NCBI RefSeq assembly: GCF_049243625.1
Contig: NZ_CP046975.1
Source: Corynebacterium amycolatum
GTDB taxonomy: Bacteria > Actinomycetota > Actinomycetes > Mycobacteriales > Mycobacteriaceae
Direction: 5' to 3' (one strand)
Length of the DNA: 32,000 nucleotides
The notes under the pieces are model-generated. The model saw only the letters and a program-made list of their open reading frames with translations. It made no database searches and had not been told where the DNA came from. Made by a program: the position numbers and the translations under genes. Of this stretch, positions 16,835 through 25,642 are shown piece after piece. Each line of letters begins with the position of its first letter. The first letter of the stretch is position 1.

Positions 16835-17425
16835 CTACAGCGGCTTGTCAAGTACCGCAATTCGTAGGTTGGTGCGGGCCAGCAGTTTTTCATCTGCCTT
16901 GCGGGTGTGCTCAATGCGCCACAGTTGCATGGTGCGCCCCAGGTACTCCGGCTCCGCAGTAGTGACAATTACCTCGCCGGCCCGGGCGGAGCGGTAAAAA
17001 TCGGTGTTGTTGTTCACACCGACGACCGGCTTCTTCGCACCGCAGGCAACGAAACCAGCAATAGAGCCAGCAGTCTCACCTAGCGAGCAGTAAACACCGC
17101 CATTGGCTAGGCCCCACGGTTGCAGGTGGTCGGGCCCGACTGCGAGCTCCATCTGAATTCGCTCCGGCCCGACATGGACAAACTTCGTGCCCAGCAGCGT
17201 ATCTAGACCGCCGATTCCGTTATCGCCCAAGGTGCTGTTAAAAACAGCCAGCTCCTCATCGCTCAAGGCTTCCTGGCTAGCCTTCGTCACCAGTGTCATA
17301 TACTTGCGCAGCCCCTTCCTCTTCGCCTGCTCGGCGGCGGAATCTGCAGAGTTAGAGTCCTGTGAACTGCCATTATTCGCAATAGTCTCGTCAGCCATGC
17401 CAAACATTGTGCCAGCGCACGCCAT
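16835..17425 (-). CDS. PaaI/hotdog-fold thioesterase family protein with an N-terminal extension
   Basis: The C-terminal ~140 aa show a hotdog pattern: FVHVGPERIQMELAVGPDHLQPWGLANGGVYCSLGETAGSIA, VGVNNNTDFYRSARAGEVIVTTAEP, QLWRIEH. The start is ambiguous: ATG at 17425, 17407, 17398 or 17299. The longest ORF (to 17662) would overlap gnd and was not used. Confidence 0.65.
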   Translation of the reverse strand: MACAGTMFGMADETIANNGSSQDSNSADSAAEQAKRKGLRKYMTLVTKASQEALSDEELAVFNSTLGDNGIGGLDTLLGTKFVHVGPERIQMELAVGPDHLQPWGLANGGVYCSLGETAGSIAGFVACGAKKPVVGVNNNTDFYRSARAGEVIVTTAEPEYLGRTMQLWRIEHTRKADEKLLARTNLRIAVLDKPL

Positions 17426-17436
17426 CACTTGTGGCA

Positions 17437-17452
17437 GTTTTAACGTTAAAAC
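17437..17452. promoter_or_regulatory. Perfect 16-bp palindrome GTTTTAACGTTAAAAC in the thioesterase/gnd divergent promoter region
   Basis: The sequence equals its own reverse complement. It lies about 52-60 nt upstream of the gnd start and 12 nt or more upstream of the candidate thioesterase starts. It contains TAACGT (TAnnnT) on both strands. Confidence 0.4.
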
Positions 17453-17503
17453 CAGTAACAAATTCTGAGTCCCAGATACAACGAACCCTGGCCAGGCTTT
17501 AAG

Positions 17504-18955
17504 ATGGTGGGCATGACCGATAACAATGAACTCGCACAAATTGGTGTCGTCGGGCTCGCCGTCATGGGCTCGAATATCGCGCGCAACTTCGCCCACAAGG
17601 GACACACAGTTGCCGTGTACAACCGCAGCCCGGAGAAAACTCGCACCCTCATCGCTGAACACGGTGATGAAGGCTCATTCATCCCGTCCGAGACCATCGA
17701 AGAGTTCGTCGCTTCGCTGGAGCGCCCGCGTCGCGCTCTGATTATGGTTCAGGCAGGTGCCGCTACTGATGCGGTCATCGATCAGCTTGCCGACGTGATG
17801 GAGCCCGGCGACATCATCATTGATGGCGGTAACTCTCTTTACACGGACACCATCCGTCGTGAGAAGGCTATTCGCGCCCGTGGCCTGCACTACGTTGGCA
17901 CTGGTATTTCCGGTGGTGAGGAAGGCGCTCTGACCGGCCCATCCATTATGCCGGGTGGCACGAAGGAGTCCTACGAGTCCCTCGGCCCGCTGCTGGAGTC
18001 CATCTCCGCTCACGTTGATGGCGTTCCGTGCTGTACACACATTTCCTCCGATGGCGCTGGCCACTTCGTGAAGATGGTCCACAACGGCATCGAGTACGCG
18101 GATATGCAGGTCATCGGCGAGGCCTACCACCTGCTGCGCGAGGCCGCTGGCCTCACCCCTGCAGAGATTGCAGATATCTTCCGCGAGTGGAACAAGGGCG
18201 ACCTGGACTCCTACTTGGTTGAGATCACCGCTGAGGTTCTCTCCCAGGTCGATGAGAAGACAGGCAAGCCGCTGGTGGATGTCATCGTGGATGCCGCTGG
18301 TCAGAAGGGCACCGGGCGTTGGACGGTCAAGGCCGCTTTGGACTTGGGCATTCCGGTAACTGGTATTGGCGAGGCCGTGTTCGCTCGCGCCCTGTCGTCT
18401 TCCCTTGTTCAGCGTGAGGCTGCACGCAACCTGCCGTCAGGAAGCCTGGCTAAGGCGCCCGAGGATCGCGATGCTTTTGTGGAACGCGTCCGTAAGGCTC
18501 TCTACGCTTCCAAGATCATTGCCTACTCGCAGGGCTTTGATGAGATTAACGCTGGCGCCAAGGAGTACGGCTGGGAAATTGACCGCGGTGCGCTGGCAAC
18601 CATCTGGCGTGGTGGCTGCATCATTCGCGCTCAGTTCCTGAACCGCATCAAGGAAGCGTACGACCGCGATCCGGAGCTGCCGGCGCTGGTACTCGACGAG
18701 TACTTCCGTGACCAGGTCACCGAGTGCCTCGACGCCTGGCGCGATGTTGTTGTCACTGCAGCACAAATGGGTATCCCGGCTCCGGTGTTCTCCTCCTCGC
18801 TGGCTTACTATGACGGCCTGCGTGCAGAGCGCCTGCCGGCAGCGCTGGTTCAGGGGCAGCGTGACTACTTCGGTGCACACACTTACAAGCGCGTTGACCG
18901 CGAGGGCGCTTTCCACACCCTCTGGTCTGGCGACCGCTCCGAGGTTGAAGCATAG
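17504..18955 (+). CDS. gnd: 6-phosphogluconate dehydrogenase, decarboxylating
   Basis: IGVVGLAVMGSNIARNFAHKGHTVAVYNRS (NADP-binding motif), IIDGGNS, GTGISGGEEGALTGPSIMPGG, VKMVHNGIEYADMQ, RDYFGAHTY. The start could be ATG 17504 or ATG 17513. Confidence 0.92.
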   Translation: MVGMTDNNELAQIGVVGLAVMGSNIARNFAHKGHTVAVYNRSPEKTRTLIAEHGDEGSFIPSETIEEFVASLERPRRALIMVQAGAATDAVIDQLADVMEPGDIIIDGGNSLYTDTIRREKAIRARGLHYVGTGISGGEEGALTGPSIMPGGTKESYESLGPLLESISAHVDGVPCCTHISSDGAGHFVKMVHNGIEYADMQVIGEAYHLLREAAGLTPAEIADIFREWNKGDLDSYLVEITAEVLSQVDEKTGKPLVDVIVDAAGQKGTGRWTVKAALDLGIPVTGIGEAVFARALSSSLVQREAARNLPSGSLAKAPEDRDAFVERVRKALYASKIIAYSQGFDEINAGAKEYGWEIDRGALATIWRGGCIIRAQFLNRIKEAYDRDPELPALVLDEYFRDQVTECLDAWRDVVVTAAQMGIPAPVFSSSLAYYDGLRAERLPAALVQGQRDYFGAHTYKRVDREGAFHTLWSGDRSEVEA

Positions 18956-19002
18956 TGTTGAAGTCTGTCGCTTCACACTCTTGAAGTTAAAAGGGGTCTG
19001 AG

Positions 19003-20616
19003 ATGCCATTTCCATTGAAGGCGAAGCCTGATTTTGTGCCACGAGTTCTTTCCATCGCCGGCACAGACCCAACCGGTGGGGCTGGACTGCATGCCGATTT
19101 AAAGTCAATTGCTGCCGCCGGTGGTTATGGCATGGGCGTGGTCACCGCTTTGGTATCTCAGAACACCGTGGGCGTTCGTGCCGTCCACACCCCACCTGTT
19201 GACTTCCTCGTCGAGCAGCTGGCTGCTGTGACTGAGGATGTCACCATCGACGCGGTGAAGATTGGCATGTTGGGGTCACGCGAACTCACGCAGGCCGTCA
19301 CCAGCTGGGTTCAGGAGACCAAGCCAGCCGTGGTTGTTCTCGATCCGGTTATGGTCGCTACCTCCGGCGACCGTCTGCTTGACGAAGATGCCATGGATGC
19401 AATGCGGGACTTGGTCGCGGAAGCCACCGTCATCACGCCGAATGTTCCCGAACTGGCGTTGCTTGCCGACGCCCCGGAGGCCAGCGACTTCACTGAGCTG
19501 ATTGAGCAGGCGCTGGAGTTCGCGGGCAAGAACGATGTCATCGTGATTGCAAAAGCTGGTCACTTAAGTGATGAGGAAGCCGGAAATGCCGTGGCATCCC
19601 CCGATGGCCAGGTTTTCTTCAGCTCTTCTCCCCGCATTCACACTGAGAACACCCATGGCACGGGTTGTTCGCTGTCCGCTGCTCTCGCCACACGGATTGG
19701 TGGGGGCTCTGCGATTAATGATGCCCTGCGCTGGACTACGCGCTGGCTCAGCGAGTCCATTCGTTTCGCGGATAACCTCAACGTCGGCCAGGGGCACGGC
19801 CCCATTGACCACGGCCACAGGGCTCGTCGCCTGGAAAAGGTCGCGCTTCGGCGAATGCAACCAGTACATCTGAACTCCAGTTTTTCCCCAGGAGCCATCG
19901 AAGGCACTGACACTGCGCAATCGCCAAAAGAGTTGGAATCTTTCTTCGGGCACTCACTCCAGATTGCTCCGGCGGGCCCCTTTACTTCCCAGCTGTGGCG
20001 GGACATCGAGGACATCGTTGCCGAGATTGGCGGAATGTTCAGCGTCCCCACGATGCTCCGCGGCGACCTTTCCTCGGAAGAAACCAACTTCTTCGTAGCG
20101 CAAGAGGCCTGGTACTTGCACCAAGTTTTCCCAGTCCTGTCGCATCTGGCAACGAAAGCACCCTGCGCTAAGGAACAGGTTCTGTGGTCATCGGTCGCGC
20201 AGGAAGCCCTGGTGCGTGCGTTGGAATTGAGCAATAACACGCTGGAAGAGGCTTCTTCGGCGCTCGAGGACATCGAACCGACAACCATCACGCAGCTTTT
20301 GCTGGACGTGCATTCTTCCTGTAGCGCTTTCAATCCATATCGGGTCGCCGTAACCAGTATCGTTGCCGAAATGTGGGTTACAGCCGAGCTGACTCTGCAA
20401 GGAAAATCGCTGGTCGATGGAGATTCCACGATTGCGGACTGGGTGGAGGTGTATTCCGACCCCGAGTATGTTGACAGTGTTCAGCAGGCTCTCGAGGTCC
20501 TTGAAGAGAATATGTCCACGGCCAGCGATGCGGAGCTCAAATCTATCCGCAATATCTTCCGTCGAGCTGCTGTTCTTGAGCGCGAGGCCTATGCGCAACC
20601 GGGTCGCGGTTGGTAA
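19003..20616 (+). CDS. thiD: Hydroxymethylpyrimidine/phosphomethylpyrimidine kinase (ThiD) fused to a TenA/thiaminase-II-like C-terminal domain
   Basis: The N-terminal ~270 aa carry VLSIAGTDPTGGAGLHADLK, DAVKIGMLGS, VVLDPVMVATSGDRLL, ITPNVPE and HGTGCSLSAALA. The C-terminal ~240 aa are helical and TenA-like (FFVAQEAWYL, IVAEMWVTAE, LEREAY). AAAAGGGG lies upstream of the ATG. Confidence 0.85.
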   Translation: MPFPLKAKPDFVPRVLSIAGTDPTGGAGLHADLKSIAAAGGYGMGVVTALVSQNTVGVRAVHTPPVDFLVEQLAAVTEDVTIDAVKIGMLGSRELTQAVTSWVQETKPAVVVLDPVMVATSGDRLLDEDAMDAMRDLVAEATVITPNVPELALLADAPEASDFTELIEQALEFAGKNDVIVIAKAGHLSDEEAGNAVASPDGQVFFSSSPRIHTENTHGTGCSLSAALATRIGGGSAINDALRWTTRWLSESIRFADNLNVGQGHGPIDHGHRARRLEKVALRRMQPVHLNSSFSPGAIEGTDTAQSPKELESFFGHSLQIAPAGPFTSQLWRDIEDIVAEIGGMFSVPTMLRGDLSSEETNFFVAQEAWYLHQVFPVLSHLATKAPCAKEQVLWSSVAQEALVRALELSNNTLEEASSALEDIEPTTITQLLLDVHSSCSAFNPYRVAVTSIVAEMWVTAELTLQGKSLVDGDSTIADWVEVYSDPEYVDSVQQALEVLEENMSTASDAELKSIRNIFRRAAVLEREAYAQPGRGW

Positions 20617-20651
20617 ATCTCATGGCACGGTAGTTTTCCAGTTCACCGGAC

Positions 20652-22031
20652 GTGCCTATTGCATGGCAGTCCGGGGATAGCGGTATTCTAACAAGCATGC
20701 CCCCTCCTGCTGAGTCCAGTGATTTCAGACAGTTGGGCACGCCGGAAGCAATTGTGAGTATTCTGCGTGCCCAGCACATAACTTCGCCCACCGCCGTGCA
20801 GGTGGCGACTTTGCCAGATGCTTTCGCTGGCAAGGACGTTCTTGCACAGGCACCCACAGGCTCGGGCAAAACGCTCGCATTTGGCATTCCGCTGGTCGCG
20901 TTACTCAATAACGCCTCTCCAGCGCTTCCCCGTTACCCGCGCGCGCTTATTATTTCGCCGACGCGGGAACTTGCAGATCAAATTGCTGATGTCCTCGCTG
21001 ACATCGGCGCCGCTGCAGGTCTGCGTGTCTTGAGGTTGGTCGGCGGTGACTCCGTGGCCAAGCAGCAGACTCTGCTCGCAGCACCAGTCGATATCGCTGT
21101 GGTCACACCGGGTCGCGCACACGATTTGCGCCGCCGCGGCGTACTCAGCCTTGAGCACGTCCTTGCCGTCGTCGTAGACGAAGCGGACATGCTCGCTGAC
21201 ATGGGCTTTCTGCCCGATGTTCTGGGCCTAGTCCGTGCGTGCCCGAAGTCGGCACAGCGCATGGTCTTTTCCGCCACGATTAACGACGACGCCGCGGGGC
21301 TTATCCGCGATCGTCGCGCAAGTAGCACCGAAGTTGCGAAACACAAGGTCACTGCATCCCGGCTGACCATGCGCAATATGCGGCATCTGTTACTTCGGGT
21401 AGAGGACAACACTGAGGCAGACGAAGTAGTCGCCTGGATTGCCTCCCGCAAGGATCAGTGCGTCATCTTCGCCAACTCTAAGGCGCGTGTCGTGCAGCTG
21501 GCTAAGTTTTTACAGTTCTACAACATCAAGTTAGGTTTCCTCCACGGCGATCGCGGCCAGGCAACACGTCGCGCAGTCCTCAAGGCCTTTGCCGACGGTG
21601 AAATCAATGTCCTCGTCACCACGGATGTGGCCGCTCGGGGCATTGATATCGATGCTCTTGACTTGGTTGTGCACGCGGATCCGCCAAGGGATTCCGCGAC
21701 GTACATTCACCGCTCGGGTCGCACGGCGCGTGCAGGTGCTTCCGGCACGGTAGCGATGATTGTGCGTGACCGCCAGGTTGATCAGGCCCGTGAGCTGCTG
21801 GCAGGAGCCGGCGTTGAAGCTGAAGAGCTGCGCGCAGCTCCGGGGCTGCCGCGATTTGTCAAGGAACTGGGCGCACGCCGTCCGCGCCGGGCTCGTCAAG
21901 ATCAGAGCCAATCGGCAGGCGGTGCTAGTGGTTCCGGGTACCGCGGGCGCGGCGGCCCGTCGGCAAGCGGAAAGAATCGTGCTGGCGGTCGCGTACACCG
22001 CCCCAAGCGAGGGAAAAAGAAGAAGAGATAA
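20652..22031 (+). CDS. DEAD-box ATP-dependent RNA helicase with an Arg/Gly/Lys-rich C-terminal tail
   Basis: Q motif (FRQLG...PTAVQ), motif I AQAPTGSGKT, Ia SPTRELA, TPGR, II VVDEAD, III SAT, V TTDVAARGIDI, VI HRSGRTARAG. The tail reads GYRGRGG...RPKRGKKKKR. The start could be GTG 20652 or ATG 20697. Confidence 0.85.
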   Translation: MPIAWQSGDSGILTSMPPPAESSDFRQLGTPEAIVSILRAQHITSPTAVQVATLPDAFAGKDVLAQAPTGSGKTLAFGIPLVALLNNASPALPRYPRALIISPTRELADQIADVLADIGAAAGLRVLRLVGGDSVAKQQTLLAAPVDIAVVTPGRAHDLRRRGVLSLEHVLAVVVDEADMLADMGFLPDVLGLVRACPKSAQRMVFSATINDDAAGLIRDRRASSTEVAKHKVTASRLTMRNMRHLLLRVEDNTEADEVVAWIASRKDQCVIFANSKARVVQLAKFLQFYNIKLGFLHGDRGQATRRAVLKAFADGEINVLVTTDVAARGIDIDALDLVVHADPPRDSATYIHRSGRTARAGASGTVAMIVRDRQVDQARELLAGAGVEAEELRAAPGLPRFVKELGARRPRRARQDQSQSAGGASGSGYRGRGGPSASGKNRAGGRVHRPKRGKKKKR

Positions 22032-22034
22032 TCA

Positions 22035-23420
22035 GTGGATATTGTTCTCAATATTGTCGCGGTTGTCGGCTTTATCGCGCTAACCGCTGGCACCGGCCTC
22101 TTTGTGGCGTTTGAATTCGCGCTGACAGGACTGGAGCGTTCTACGATTGACGCCGACCGCGCCCGTTCAGCGGATGCACCTGCTGAGGCCGTTCACAAGG
22201 CACATAATCGACTGTCCTTCCACCTCTCCGGTGCACAGCTGGGCATTACGTTGACGACGCTGGCAACTGGTTTCCTCGCGGAACCGGTGCTGGCGCAATA
22301 CTTCACGCCGATGCTGCATTGGATGGGGCTCAGCGAGTCTGCAGCGGGACCGACCGCACTGATTCTTGCGCTCATTGTGGCCACGATGTTGTCAATGGTC
22401 TACGGCGAGTTGGTGCCGAAGAATGTCGCGATTACAGAGCCGCTGGCTTCGGCGCGCGTTACGGCTCGTCCGGTGATGGCGTTTAACTGGGTGTTCCGCT
22501 ACTTCATTCAGTCGCTGAATGCCTCGGCGAACTGGCTGGTGCGCAAGCTCGGCATTGAACCGGCGGATGAGCTGGCTTCGGCGCGTTCCCCGCAGGAGCT
22601 GGAAGCACTGGTGCGCAATTCTGCGGAGCAGGGTGCATTGGATGAGTCGAAGGCTGCTGTGCTCGAGTCGTCGTTACGCTTTGGCGAAACTACTGCGGAG
22701 GACCTGATGACGCCGCGGTCGACGATTACTTCTCTCGATGTCGATGACACGGCGCTGGATCTGCTGGCTGTCGCCATCGAATCAGGACATTCCCGCTTCC
22801 CCATTACTGACGGGGACCTCGATGCCACTGTCGGTGTTGTCCACGTCAAGGACGCATTCGCGGTGCCTGCGACGAAGCGCTCAACTACCACCATGCGGGA
22901 GGTTGCACGGCCAGTGCCCACGCTGCCGCAGTCGCTGGACGGCGATGCCGTACTGGAGGCCGTGCGTTCGGCTGGTTCGCAGATTGCGCTGGTCGCGGAC
23001 GAGTATGGCGGCATCGCCGGCATTGTCACCATCGAGGACGTCGTCGAGGAAATTCTTGGCGAGGTCTGGGATGAGTACGACGACAAGGAGTCCGAGCAGG
23101 AAGTCAAGCGCGCAATTGAAGGCTGGAATTGCTCCGGCCTTGTGCGTACCGACGAGCTGCCGACCAAGGTCGGATACTTCGCCCCGGAGGGCAGCTTCGA
23201 AACCCTCGGTGGCCTGATTATGTTTGCGCTCGGTCGCATCCCAGAGGTCGGTGATGTCGTCCTGCTGCCAGAGACCGAACGCGACTTCATGGACGAATTC
23301 GAATCGGGTATCGCCGGACGCTGGTACGCCCGCATTCTGGCGATGGATGACCGCCGCGTGGATCGTGCCATTTTGATTCCTGTGACCAACGAGCACGCTA
23401 AGGAGATGTTCAACCTATGA
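22035..23420 (+). CDS. CNNM/CorB-type membrane protein, long form (DUF21 + CBS pair + CorC_HlyC); paralog of 8297-9733
   Basis: GTG start 3 nt after the helicase stop. Motifs are [47 protein letters not shown] and LVADEYGGIAGIVTIEDVVEEILGEV, plus a C-terminal domain of about 110 aa. Confidence 0.9.
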   Translation: MDIVLNIVAVVGFIALTAGTGLFVAFEFALTGLERSTIDADRARSADAPAEAVHKAHNRLSFHLSGAQLGITLTTLATGFLAEPVLAQYFTPMLHWMGLSESAAGPTALILALIVATMLSMVYGELVPKNVAITEPLASARVTARPVMAFNWVFRYFIQSLNASANWLVRKLGIEPADELASARSPQELEALVRNSAEQGALDESKAAVLESSLRFGETTAEDLMTPRSTITSLDVDDTALDLLAVAIESGHSRFPITDGDLDATVGVVHVKDAFAVPATKRSTTTMREVARPVPTLPQSLDGDAVLEAVRSAGSQIALVADEYGGIAGIVTIEDVVEEILGEVWDEYDDKESEQEVKRAIEGWNCSGLVRTDELPTKVGYFAPEGSFETLGGLIMFALGRIPEVGDVVLLPETERDFMDEFESGIAGRWYARILAMDDRRVDRAILIPVTNEHAKEMFNL

Positions 23421-24631
23421 GTGACTGGTTTGGAATCCTCCTGACCTTCGTCTTGTTGTTGGTCAACGCGTTTTTCGTGGGCGCGGAGTTCTCACTTATT
23501 GCTGCTCGCCGTGACCGTTTGGAAGCGCTGCTGGCTCAGGGAAAGAAGCGCGCTCGCACAGTTATCAATGCTTCTGAGCACCTGTCGATGATGCTCGCCG
23601 CCGCACAGCTGGGCATCACCATTGCCTCGCTGCTGCTGGGTAAGGTCTCTGAACCGGCGCTGGCACATCTGCTGGAAGCTCCTTTCCACGCCATGGGTAT
23701 TCCGGAATCACTGCTACACCCGCTGAGCTTTGCCATCGCGTTGATGCTGGTGTCAGTGCTGCACATCATGCTCGGCGAAATGGTTCCAAAAAACATTTCC
23801 CTAGCCGGCCCAGAGACAGTGGCCATGCTGCTTATTCCGGTTCACATGGTTTTCTACCGCCTGACCAAACCGCTGTTGCTGCTGTTTAACTGGTTGGCTC
23901 GCCATACACTGAGGCTGTTCGGCATTGAGCAGCGCGATGAGCTTGACACCACTGTTGATTCCACTGAGTTGGCATCGATGATTGCGGAGTCTCGTCAAGA
24001 GGGGCTCCTTGACAGCGAGGAGCACGTCCGTCTTCGTCGCACGCTGGCTTCGGCCACGCGCACCATTGAGGAGGTGCTAATTCCGCACGAGCAGATTCGG
24101 CGCCTCCCCACCGCACCGACTGTGGGCGACCTAGAGACGGCGGTCACCGAAACTGGCTTCTCCCGGTTCCCCGTCGCTGCGGCCAACAATGAACCCAACG
24201 AGTACCGTGGCTATGTTCACGTCAAGGATGTCCTCGACCGCGTCATGGACCCTGCCTCCGGACCGGAGACAGCCATCCCTGATGACGAGATTCGCCCGAT
24301 GATCGAGATTCCGATCGATGCCACGCTGGATGAGGGATTGCGCATCATGCGCCGCTACAGCGCCCACATGGCAGTGGCTGTACGCGCTCGCATGCCAAAG
24401 CCGCACCTGCGCGCAAGCGCCCCGGCAAGTATCGCCCCGAAGACCGGTGCTTTCTCCGGCGCGGAGCAGATCGGCATCGTGGCTCTGGAGGACCTCATCG
24501 AAGAGCAGGTCGGTGTCGTGCGTGACTGGACCCACGAGGTCTCCCCGCGTCGCAGCGGTGCACCAAAGCAGTACCCGATCGTGAACCAGCCCCGGATCCG
24601 GCCGGGCACCACGCAGGGACGCCAGCAGTGA
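23417..24631 (+). CDS. CNNM/CorB-type membrane protein, short form (DUF21 + CBS pair, no CorC_HlyC); paralog of 9737-10774
   Basis: The ATG overlaps the upstream TGA (ATGA). Motifs are GAEFSLIAARR, LAAAQLGITIASL, LGEMVPKN, GFSRFPV and IGIVALEDLIEEQVG. It ends in a basic, Pro-rich tail rather than a CorC_HlyC domain. Confidence 0.85.
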   Translation: MSDWFGILLTFVLLLVNAFFVGAEFSLIAARRDRLEALLAQGKKRARTVINASEHLSMMLAAAQLGITIASLLLGKVSEPALAHLLEAPFHAMGIPESLLHPLSFAIALMLVSVLHIMLGEMVPKNISLAGPETVAMLLIPVHMVFYRLTKPLLLLFNWLARHTLRLFGIEQRDELDTTVDSTELASMIAESRQEGLLDSEEHVRLRRTLASATRTIEEVLIPHEQIRRLPTAPTVGDLETAVTETGFSRFPVAAANNEPNEYRGYVHVKDVLDRVMDPASGPETAIPDDEIRPMIEIPIDATLDEGLRIMRRYSAHMAVAVRARMPKPHLRASAPASIAPKTGAFSGAEQIGIVALEDLIEEQVGVVRDWTHEVSPRRSGAPKQYPIVNQPRIRPGTTQGRQQ

Positions 24632-25545
24632 CATCTACGCCCGATTCGTCTTTCGACTGGCGTGAAGCCAAAGCAAGGCATATCGCCCGCGTCGATGCCC
24701 TGACCCGCGATCACCTGTCCCGTCGCAGTCGTGGCCAGCGCCACCCGGTGTGGGACTTCATCTTCGAGTACTACCCCGTCAAGCCCGGTCAACTCCGCCG
24801 CTGGTCACCGGGCATCGGCGTAGATCTTCCCGGTGCGACAGCCAAGGACATCAGTCACCTGGAGTTTTTTACCCTCGACATGGATGACGCTACCGACAGT
24901 TCTGCTAGCAAGGAGCCCACCGATACCGCCTCGGGGACGGCACGCATGGATGTTTCGGCGTACGTCGATAAGCGAGGTAAGACGGTGGCGTACATCGGCA
25001 ATCTGTTGCGTTCGACGCGCGCGAATCCAGCGCACTTTGACTGCTTCGGCCTGCATGAATGGGCGATGGTGTATCGCCAGCCCGAGCATCGTCACCCGGA
25101 GCCACTGCGGCTTGGTCAGGCAGGCACGGACGAGGTCGTCGAGGCCCACACAGTGCGGTGTACGCACTTCGACGCCTTCCGCTTCTTTACGCCCGACGCC
25201 GTCCCGCTCAACGAGTTTGCGCCGACGCGCGAGACACAGCCGCACTGTGAGCAGATGGGCTGTCTGCACGCCAACATGGACTTGTATAAATGGGCGACCA
25301 AGCTCGGCGAGGCGGTCCCCGGCGACCTGTGGCTGGATACTTTCGCGCTCGCGTGCAGTGCCCGTGAGTTGGATATGCGCGCCGCTCCCTACGATCTGCG
25401 GGATTGGGGCTTTGCTCCCATTCGCATCGAGACTCCCGAGGGCAAGGCCGAGTACGTCCGCCGCCAGCGTGAGATTTCTGCTCGCGCCGACGTCCTGCGC
25501 GGGCGTTTGCTGCAAGTAGTAGATGTCGCATTGTCCACGCAGTAG
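24628..25545 (+). CDS. Conserved actinobacterial protein of unclear function. From memory, automated pipelines often label this family 3-methyladenine DNA glycosylase; I cannot verify this.
   Basis: The GTG start overlaps the upstream TGA (GTGA). Conserved-looking blocks are HPVWDFIFEYYPVKPGQLRRW, FGLHEWAMVYR, CTHFDAFRFFTP, EQMGCLHANMDLYKWA and LDMRAAPYDL. Confidence 0.6.
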   Translation: MTSTPDSSFDWREAKARHIARVDALTRDHLSRRSRGQRHPVWDFIFEYYPVKPGQLRRWSPGIGVDLPGATAKDISHLEFFTLDMDDATDSSASKEPTDTASGTARMDVSAYVDKRGKTVAYIGNLLRSTRANPAHFDCFGLHEWAMVYRQPEHRHPEPLRLGQAGTDEVVEAHTVRCTHFDAFRFFTPDAVPLNEFAPTRETQPHCEQMGCLHANMDLYKWATKLGEAVPGDLWLDTFALACSARELDMRAAPYDLRDWGFAPIRIETPEGKAEYVRRQREISARADVLRGRLLQVVDVALSTQ

Positions 25546-25642
25546 AGTTGGCAGGAGTTACGTGCGCGTTTGTGCTTTACGACGAGGTCTGCTGCGAGTC
25601 GACAGCGCCGAGCACACTCAGCATAGAAAGGGCTAAAACGAC

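Noticed and set aside
18993-19003. GGGGTCTGAGA just upstream of thiD, reminiscent of the CUGAGA core of TPP riboswitches.
   Set aside because: Only 47 nt separate the gnd stop from the thiD ATG, and the motif overlaps the SD and start codon. There is no room for the P1-P5 helices or the pyrophosphate-sensing arm. I treat it as coincidental.
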